A DNA stretch of 58,100 bases, filler included, from Basidioascus undulatus (Eukaryota): the NCBI GenBank assembly GCA_000826855.1. It is 6 parts of 6 records of this genome, joined end to end, with 100 filler letters (N's around TTAATTAATTAA, not from the genome) between each part and the next. Parts side by side here need not be neighbours in the genome. Positions count along the whole stretch, not along the records: positions 48,921 to 58,100 come from JTLS01001287.1; 5 more parts are not named here. One strand, 5' to 3'. Of the stretch, positions 49,958-58,100 are shown piece by piece; the stretch's first letter is position 1; the number at the start of each line of letters is the position of its first letter. Under the pieces are notes generated by a model that was given only the letters and a program-made list of their open reading frames with translations, made no database searches and was not told the DNA's origin. Made by a program: the position numbers and the translations under genes.

Positions 49958-51016
49958 TCATAAAGGGTAGCCAAACGAAAAGCGGAAGCACCAACAAATC
50001 TTAGTTTCTATCGAGCTCAGACTGTACCGAGGACATCCTCCAAGGTCATGCCCTCCATCTCCCATAGCGTGCGGTCCAGTAACGCGTCCTGCACCGCTGC
50101 ACCCACCGCCACGGCCGAATCCCAGAAGCACCGCCTGGGACATCTGTAATTCGACGCACAGACACCCGAAGACTTTTGCCTTTGCAGGCGTCGTGACTTG
50201 ACCACAACAACTCACGGACATTTAGTCCGTCTAGGTACACGAGGAGAACTTGCTTGAGAGCCGGCAAGCTGGCAGGGCAAGGAAGCGTAGAGCAAAACGT
50301 CGGCGTCCGATGGGACTTGTTTGTTCCAAGACGAGGTGAGTCAATGAGGTGAATATTCTGAAGGGGAAATTCTTGGAGCGGCAAAAGAGACTGCCCACAA
50401 CGATGCAGAGCCGGCGAAGAGTACCTGCAGCCGGCCGTGGGATGATGCTGCTAAGCAGTACACAGGAAACCCAACCCGCCTCACTGAGGGCAGATGATGG
50501 TCCGAGACTGATTAATCCCAACTCATATATCCTCAGACGCGCAATGGTGTCGAGGAGTGCAATGAGAATTCTCGATTGCTCGGCGTTCCCCGCGATGAGT
50601 GCCAAGGGGTTGAAAGAAATGACGAGGCGGCACAGATTAGACTGCAGCGCTTCAAGGGCGCTCTCAAGCCTTTGAAAAACTCCATGCGGGCGGCATTGGA
50701 GAGTGGGAACATCGCGTCGTAAGGTCGCAGATAGACAGCGACTGGATGAGGTGCAGCGGTCGTCCGGAGGGTGGGACCGGGGCGGTAAACGACAGAGCCG
50801 ACGACCCGCAGACAGAGCGGTAGAGGTGCGGAGGGCGATCTCCTTCACATCGCGCGAGACGAGCGTGAGTGCGGAAGCGTGTCCACGACGTCACGAGGTC
50901 GCCCGTAGGCGAGGGGATGCGAGGGAGCGTCGACCTGCTCCGCAACGATTGCGACGATGTCGAGCGGGATCGAGATGGGCAGGAGCCGTGAGAGCTTGGC
51001 GAGTTAAACTGGCCAT
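49958..51016 (-). pseudogene. F-box-like 'PSHPLAY' family paralogue, frameshifted
   Basis: IPLDIVAIVAEQVDAPSHPLAY...TL / SALTLVSRDVKEIAL / HLYRSVC fall in three frames; later FTSLTHLVL. Confidence 0.55.
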
Positions 51017-51579
51017 TTTGAGCAGGTGGATGAGCAGAAGGGTTGCGAGAGTGGTGAGCGTTAAGCTGGGTTGATGATGGTTAGAGGGCAACCCTTGACA
51101 AGCGGCGGCCTGCCTTTGGCGGTCGACGGTCTGCCTCCGCAGGCCCATCGCGCCACCTCAAGCATTACCCTTATGCAGCCAAATATTCGGAGCTCCACTT
51201 ATTCCTTTTTTACACCTGAATGTCTTGAACGGGGTCCGGGAACCCCATGACCTTTGTCCTGTGCAGCTGCAGCCTGTAATTCCCCCACCGGAGCAACGCC
51301 GTTGTTCTTTAAATGGCTTGGTTATGGTAGACGTTCCCTGTTTTTACTGTAAGGTACTGAATAGAGTATAATTCAAACCCACTAGGGAATGGAGCAAGCC
51401 ATCTTCTGGAATGATAGTGGAGAATGCTTGAGACAGGAACCAGCACCACTGCATACCGCTGCATCTCGACCGTCGGCGTCTCCTTTGTCCATTTGACGAG
51501 AACGAGCTAAAAATCAGGAAGGTACCTTTAATATCACAGGGGCGACTAACAGACACGGCACAGAAAAGAGGGGCGGAGA

Positions 51580-52560
51580 ATGCGGGGGCAGCTGTCCAGC
51601 GCACCCTTTCACACTCACTTTCACACTAACAATTCCCGTGCGCCTGCTGGCACTTTGTCCCTTGACCACTACCCTCTGCCCATCGCCTTGATCTCCTCGT
51701 CTCGACTCTGCTCAACCGCGCAGAGCCTCGCACGCCCCGCTTCGATCTCCGGGCCTCCTAAGCTCTCGCACGACATTCTCTTACTCATTATCGACTCACT
51801 GGCCTCACCGTCCCATCCGCTCGCATACGCCCTCGAATCCCACACGCTTGCATCACTGTGCGTCGTCTCTGGTTCGCTCCATTCCCCGGCATCTGCAGCG
51901 CTCTACCGCTCGATCGTCTGCCACAATGGCTCCTGCCAGACCTGTGTAGCGCGGACGTTCCGTGCGTGGCCAGACCTCGCGGCTCACGTCCACTCGATCG
52001 CATTCTGCTTCACGGCCGCGCCCCGCGGGCCCGGGCGCGCGGCAGTGTACGCCCACTATGCGGACGAGCTCCGCACCATCCTTGATGCGGTCGCGCCCAC
52101 CGCATCGCGACGGGCTGCCTCGCTGGGGGAGTGGACCGTGGCGGGTCTGCGCCAGTGTCTCGGGAAGGCCGTCCATCTGGAGGAGCTCGTTGGGGAATGG
52201 TTCAACTCGCTGGCGCACCTCGCGATCGGCCATCCCGCATGCCGCAGGATTGCGCACCCGCACATCGAGCACTGGGACTCCCGCTCCTGGGACCCCAGCA
52301 TACCATTCCCAGCACTCACGCACTTCGTCGCCGGCTCGCGCCGAGACACGCTTTCGAGCAAGATGCAGGACCTCGTGCGCTCGGTCGAGCGCACACCGGC
52401 GCTGCAGCGCGTAGGGATGGTGCTGAACTGGGGGCCAGGTCCCGTGCTCCCGCGCAGCGTTGCGGAGCTGCAGGAGGCGCTGGCGGAGCTCGCGCGCGCA
52501 GAGAGGGCCTGGAAGTGGTTGGCAGCCTGGAGTGTATGCGACATCATGCAATCTCACTAG
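51580..52560 (+). CDS. F-box-like 'PSHPLAY' family protein, single open exon; true start uncertain
   Basis: 326-aa ORF with PKLSHDILLLIIDSLASPSHPLAY...LASLCVVS...LYRSI, PDLAAHVHSI and FPALTHF. Confidence 0.65.
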   Translation: MRGQLSSAPFHTHFHTNNSRAPAGTLSLDHYPLPIALISSSRLCSTAQSLARPASISGPPKLSHDILLLIIDSLASPSHPLAYALESHTLASLCVVSGSLHSPASAALYRSIVCHNGSCQTCVARTFRAWPDLAAHVHSIAFCFTAAPRGPGRAAVYAHYADELRTILDAVAPTASRRAASLGEWTVAGLRQCLGKAVHLEELVGEWFNSLAHLAIGHPACRRIAHPHIEHWDSRSWDPSIPFPALTHFVAGSRRDTLSSKMQDLVRSVERTPALQRVGMVLNWGPGPVLPRSVAELQEALAELARAERAWKWLAAWSVCDIMQSH

Positions 52561-53527
52561 CTCAAATTTCCATACTATTTCACACTTGAAGATTTTGTTA
52601 CATTAACCGGCGCCTGGCTTTCTTCAAGGTCTGCGCTCTGTGCAGCAGCTGCAGCCTGCACACAGCCAACGGGAGCATCGTTCTTCGATCTTTCTGAGAC
52701 GATGAGGACGTCGATTTGGAAGCCAATCACTCTTCTGACTGACACCTTACACGGAACCGAAATATAATGCATGCAGCGCGCATGCCCTTCATTGGGACCG
52801 ACAGCGACGCATACCAGAAATTGGAAGCATCACCGCTGCACACCTCCCATCTCCTCCCCCATCCCACTAGCCGCCTCCAGTCCCCACCTCACCCTCTCCT
52901 CCACCCACCTCACATAGCACCCCCTAACCTCCTCATCCCAACAACTCTCTCCACGCCCCCTTCGCCCCCTCCCCTTCATCCCCGCTCCCGCCCTCACCCG
53001 CATCCGACAACCGCGACTCGTACGAGGCGCGCTACGCCGAGCTCGCGAGCCATATCGGGCACGCGGGCAATCCCGTCAACCCGGTCACTCCTGGAGGTGC
53101 ATGAACTTGGGAGAGAAGGCAGGCGGGCGGGAAAGAGACACGATTGAAATGAAAAAATGAACTAAGACTGCTCCAAAGAAGTTGCGTGCGTTGGGGTTGA
53201 TACTTGCGCCAAATCCGGCTGTCCAGAGCTTCCATACCTTGCGCAGCCAGTACGGTGCTGGGTACTGACAGCCGAACACGCGCCGTGGAGGTACAGAGTT
53301 CGCTGCAACCCACCCCCTTCCATCATCGTTACCATCGCTGAGATCGAGTTCGTTTTGTGTCTCACGTGGACTATAGGAGAAAAATATGCCGATCAGAGCC
53401 GCTGAGAGTTAAACACTCACTGATCCGTCAGTCTGGTAGGAAAGCGCCTTCGACAACCTGCGGCCCACCATCGCCATCGCCTTGCCTTCTGCCGTCATTC
53501 TCCTATTTCCTCAGATGAACCACAATA

Positions 53528-56500
53528 ATGCCCGGGCCTTTTGTAATGCCATTCCCAACCACTCCAGCATCACCCTCGGCCTCTACTCGCGTGAGCGCTG
53601 CGGGTGAAAGAATGAGTGACTCCAGCTTACATTCCCCCTATCCCCTGGTGTGGTTGTACCGAAGCACTCGCAACCACACAGTCACCGCCAATCAACACGC
53701 CATGGGAGCACTGAAGATAAAGGCCATGAAACCTGCCGATATCGGTACGCCGATCTTTAAGTTGTTCTTGCCGGGCTCAGTGTCACGCGTGTCGAGGGAG
53801 AGGCCGTACTGAGGAAGTTCGTGTCGCAGGTGGTCGCCCCTGTTGAGCGGGACACTTCTCCCCTTCTCCCTCTTCCTCGAGATAGAGGCTCTCGTCGACC
53901 CGTGGTACATCCAGTATGAGCGCGCGGGCGACATCCGGCGCAGGGTAGCCTGGAAGCGTAACCCCGTCTGTGAGCATGCCACTGCCCTAGGACTCCGTCG
54001 TTCCGGGAAATACAACTGCTTCTTACCCCGGGAGAACCTCATACCACAGTGTTACAAGTAGGTCTCGCCATCACTATGGCTTGCATAATCCTGGCTTGTG
54101 CGACACTCGTTCTGCGCTTCTTCGGCAAGCGGCCGAAGCTCTGCACGGAAGTCGCGATGGTCGCTTTGGTGCTTCACAGTATGTCCTTGTCCCCCCTACA
54201 TCATTGAAATTAGGGACGTATTTCCATGATATTTTTTTCAGATATGATCGACGTAACCGCTGTGAGCTTTTGCCAGCGTCGCGGTCAACCAGGCTCTGAA
54301 TGTATACCAGTAGTTGGTGGTCTTCCGCAGCCTTTATCCGCCCGACGGTCCATGGACGTATGGACCTGTGCGTTAAGTTCATGGATCTTTCCGCACCTAC
54401 TCTCATCCAGTCTAGGAGATCAGGCATACTGGGTGACCGTAGCCTCAACCTGTGTATCGTAAGCCACGTACAGCTTCCATTGAAACACGCCGGTGCCTCT
54501 CAAGTTCTCATCTCTTCACATAGCTGCACTTCCAACGTTTTCCTCCTGCTGGATTTCACTCAAGCCCAGCGCATCCGTCATTGGGGTTCGTCCCCTCCCG
54601 CACGCACTCCCTGAGGATGCCGCTCACTGGGACAACCCATAGGACCGGGAGTGACGCTCAAGCAGCGGTCTTGCGTGGTCATGAACATCCTGCTCCTCAC
54701 TTACGTCGCCCTCGGGGGCCTGTGGTTCGCGCTCTTGATGAAGCTGCGGTATATCGATGGCCTGTACTGTAAGAAGAGGTTCCAGCCTTTCCGCCAAGTT
54801 CTGAACAAGAATGCTAATGGCACTGCTTAAGGCAGTTATCACACTGTGCATACTCTGTGTAAGTCATCGTGTATGTCACAAACCTCAAAACTTGACGAAA
54901 ACAGGTCCACTCCATCAGGTCGGCTTCAGCATCACACCAACGCTATGGTATCAAAAGTTCTTCTCCCTCTTCTACTTCCCTGTGTGTATGACGTCTCTGG
55001 AATTTATTCACAGACCGCATGACTAATCGAGCTGAATCTCCCAGGTGGGTGTCGTTCTCGTAGGTGAGGCTGGCACCCGTATAGACGCAGCACAGCTCAA
55101 GAAGCTGCTCTGTGCGGAAGCCTGAGTGTATATTGACCGCCGTGAAACAGTCCTCACAGCTCAGACTATTCGAGAGACTTTCATCGAGTATTTTGCGGGT
55201 CGGTGCGTCTCCAGACCGCCTTGTCTAATCGCTTCCCTGACTGCTAGTCGCCGGTGGCTCGCAGCCTGCAAGGCCGTCTGGAATACGCTCTCAAGAGCTA
55301 CACGGCCCACAAGCAGGCGAGCGAGCAACGTGAGGATCGGATTCAAGAGATCCAGGACGAGATCCAAGCGACGGAAAGCCGCAGTGCACCTCCCTGCAGC
55401 AGCGATCGCGAAGCGGGCATGGGCGAAAATGTTTTCCCTGGTAGCGATCGGGACGGCCGCCTTGCACGGCTCAAAGAGGAAATGGCCGAGTACTCCAACG
55501 CGCCCGATACCTGGGAGGAGTTTGAACGGCGCTTGGACGAGCAGGAAAACAAAGAGTATAAGGCTCGGGTGAGTCCGTTGCTCGACTGGCGATTCTAGAA
55601 ACGCGCATTAACGCCGTCTTCCCAGCTGGTGTCTGCGCTGACAGCGTTTGCTTTGTTCTGGATGGCAAGCATGTTCACAATATAGGAACCATACCGCTCG
55701 CCTTATAATACATTCGGCAGGTGGGAACTGTGGTCTTTTGGCGTACGGAGAAGTGGGAGTTTTTCGACAGCTTCGTGAGCAGTTTGCTCTGATATGTTAA
55801 TTGTCAGCGGGAGCTACACTGAGATGCACCCCAGTACTTCTGTCTGACCTTCTTCTTGACGCTCGGGCAAGTTCGTCCCTTTCAGTGCGGCACGCTAGAT
55901 GCTGACTTATGGCCAGCCGTTTCAGCTTTGGCCGGGACCCAAAAACGTCCGTCGGTCGGGTATTTTGCATATTTTGGGCTTTGGGAGGGGTATCCGTAAT
56001 GAGTGCGGTGTATCTTCAACCCCATGGTGTTCCTACTCTCACATCTTCCACTGCGACAGCGGCCTTTATCACAGGTCTGCTCCTCCGCCTGGCTGACATG
56101 GGCCCAAGCTGCTAATCGACCATGCCTCCATGCAAGTGGCCTCGGAGACGTGGATGCGCAAGTACAAGCACTCTCTTCGAGACGAGTCCTTCCACCGCGC
56201 AGCGCGGCAGCTGGATCGGGAGAGCGAGGCTGTACGGCAGCGTCTCCGGCCGGCAACGCCTGCCGACATGCAGCGACCGCGGAAGGACCCGGAGAATCTG
56301 GTTAACGAGCTCGGAAGGGTTATCAAGGACTTGAACGAGGTGCGTCCTCAGAAGCTAACGCCAGGCGATCCCGCGCAAAGAAGAGCTGACACAGACCTAG
56401 GACGTGCTGGGACAGCATGTTCAGGTATGATGTTCACGCAAGGTTGTTCTGTTCCTCAGGTTACTGCTCATCCAGGTGCTTTCAGTATTTCCTTGCCACC

Positions 56501-56899
56501 AACACGGAGGCTGAGCCGCCTACCGCCTTGCGCGAAACACTGGAATCGCGCGGGCAGCTTCCGGAAGAAAAGACTGAAGAGCTCCTAGAAGACGAGGAAC
56601 TGAGAAAGGTGCGTTGCAGTTCCGCCGTGCAGGCATCTATATCCGGGGACTGAGGCCCAAATTTGCCAGCGGCTGTTCATGCTGAGCTACGAGCGCAAGT
56701 CCCTCTACCTCTTCCTGCTTTTTCAGTATGCGCTGGTTTCTCAACGCCGCTTGGTCGTGCAGGTACTGTTGCTGCGCTGATGGACATTGCCGAGCAGCTG
56801 CCACTGCAAGGGGCCACGAATTCTGAAACGGGACCAGAAGGGACCAGTGGGACGTTGGCGGTGCCTGCCCAATCGCAGAAGCTGAAGGAGGAGGTATAG
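53528..56899 (+). pseudogene. TOK1: TOK1-like two-pore K+ channel, intron-rich, probably decayed; boundaries approximate
   Basis: LSGTLLPFSLFLEI...WY, GVTLKQRS...LLTYVALGGL...YIDGLY, degenerate pore-1 VGFSITP (GD missing), FWM, YFCLTFFLTLG, PKTSVGRVFCIFWALGGV; frame changes between motifs. Confidence 0.65.
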
Positions 56900-57156
56900 G
56901 GCAGGCGATGAGCGAGGCTGGGCGAGCCTCGCTGCTCATACATTCCTGAACCTGTGCAGCCGCTAAGAACCTCAGTATGCTTCAGAAAGACCGCTCGGTT
57001 GTGAGAACTCAACGGCGACTCAGGCGAGCCAACCGGCGGTTTGAAAGCCCGTCTTGCAGTCGCGGAAAGATACCGCCTCACGTCATTCCCGCTGTCCCCC
57101 TTGTCCCTCGAGAACGTAGACGTTCTCCTCTTCCTCTCCCCCTCACCCTCACACAG

Positions 57157-58100
57157 ATGGAGGCGCTTTTATCCTATATCGCGTCCTCCTGGCTGCTGAA
57201 CGACTACCTGCACACGTCCCTGAACGTGCTCTTCTTCTGGCTGACGTGGTCCACTCTCGTGCTCTCTCACCCGCGTCCGTCTTGCGTCTTCCTCAACTCT
57301 TGCGTGCTGAAACTGAACAAGTGGCATATTCGGCGTCGTAGTCTGGAAAGTGCACCTGATCGGAACCGCATTCGTCCATGTCCTCGCATTCTGGGTGCCC
57401 ACGCTCGTGCTGGGGACGGCCCAGGCGGTAGCAGGGCTGATGAAGCAGGCGCCGGCGACTGCGCAGGGCGCGCGGAAGAAGACGTCTCGAAGTCGCTGGT
57501 GGAGCTGGACCTTCAAATCCAGCAAAGCTCGCACACGCGCACGCAAGACCATTCCATCCGTGGACAGGAGCGCCTTGGCGCTATTCTTCCTCGCGCTGCG
57601 GAACCAGCTCCTCACGCTCCTCGTGCACCTCGCGCTGGCGCTCGCCCTCCCGCCCGGATACCCCTACCGCATATCCACGACGCTCCCCTCCCCACCCTCG
57701 CTCCTGACTACTCTTGCCCTCTCCCTCCTCGCACAAGACATCCTTCTCTACTTCCTCACTCCACCCTCCGCAAACCCCTACCCCTCCTCCCCGCTAGCCG
57801 CACTCGCCCTCCCAGCAACACAGCACCTCACACTGAACGTCCTGCCCCTCGCGCTGCCCCCGCTCGTCCTCCGCGCGCACGAGCTCGAGTGGTGTGCCGT
57901 GCTCGCGGTGAGCGAGGCGCGGAATGTCCTCGAGTGGGGGACGGGGGAGCGGACTTGGTTCGGGAGGAGGCGATGGGGGCGCTGGAGGACGGGTGGGAGG
58001 ACGTGGAGGGGCGCTTGGGGGGTCGCGGATTGCGGGAGAGGTATAGCTGTGTTACTCACGGGGCGGGGATGGATGGGAAAGGCGACGAGCGCAGATTGCG
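57157..58100 (+). CDS. Fatty-acid-hydroxylase/sterol-desaturase-fold (FAXDC2-like) membrane protein lacking His boxes; runs off the window
   Basis: Open frame with ALRNQLL, YRISTTLPS, QDILLYF, PLAALALPATQHLTLNVLPLALPPLVLRAH..W and GAWGVAD. No HxxxH or HxxHH motifs. Confidence 0.6.
   Translation, partial: MEALLSYIASSWLLNDYLHTSLNVLFFWLTWSTLVLSHPRPSCVFLNSCVLKLNKWHIRRRSLESAPDRNRIRPCPRILGAHARAGDGPGGSRADEAGAGDCAGRAEEDVSKSLVELDLQIQQSSHTRTQDHSIRGQERLGAILPRAAEPAPHAPRAPRAGARPPARIPLPHIHDAPLPTLAPDYSCPLPPRTRHPSLLPHSTLRKPLPLLPASRTRPPSNTAPHTERPAPRAAPARPPRARARVVCRARGERGAECPRVGDGGADLVREEAMGALEDGWEDVEGRLGGRGLRERYSCVTHGAGMDGKGDERRL

Noticed and set aside
52990..53104. Small coding-like stretch SDNRDSYEARYAELASHIG...
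   Set aside because: No start codon or family could be assigned, and it is too short to support a call.

Overview
Intron-rich, GC-rich fungal genomic DNA (basidiomycete, probably Pucciniomycotina: short introns, GTGCGT/GTGAGY/GTCCGY donors, CTGAC/CTAAC branch sites). The window is not one locus. It is six assembly pieces joined by 100-nt N44-TTAATTAATTAA-N44 linkers, and their sizes descend (9215, [2432+]9204, 9194, 9193, 9181, 9180 nt), so neighbours across gaps are probably unrelated. Apparently intact genes: VPS39 3' end, F-box protein, CAMKK 5' end, Pga1-like, CRAL-TRIO/PDR16-like, MOSC/mARC-like, BAR protein 5' end, ACB1, MobA, PTR2 3' part and CDC1 3' part. Many accessory genes are decayed: MYND, SUMO-like fusion, Mo-bis-MGD oxidoreductase, ALDH-like, a PTR2 duplicate, HpcH, OPT, F-box paralogues and TOK1. 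Three observations stand out. (1) Two independent contigs begin with an apparently circularly permuted tRNA-Trp gene (3' half, 1-nt spacer, 5' half) preceded by a conserved A-box-like leader. (2) A bacterial-type MobA and a NapA/NasA-like molybdopterin oxidoreductase form a divergent pair, and the enzyme gene is pseudogenised with a ~1.5-kb internal inversion. (3) A ~3-kb CpG-depleted mosaic of palindromic minisatellites. All protein identities come from manual motif recognition, not database searches.
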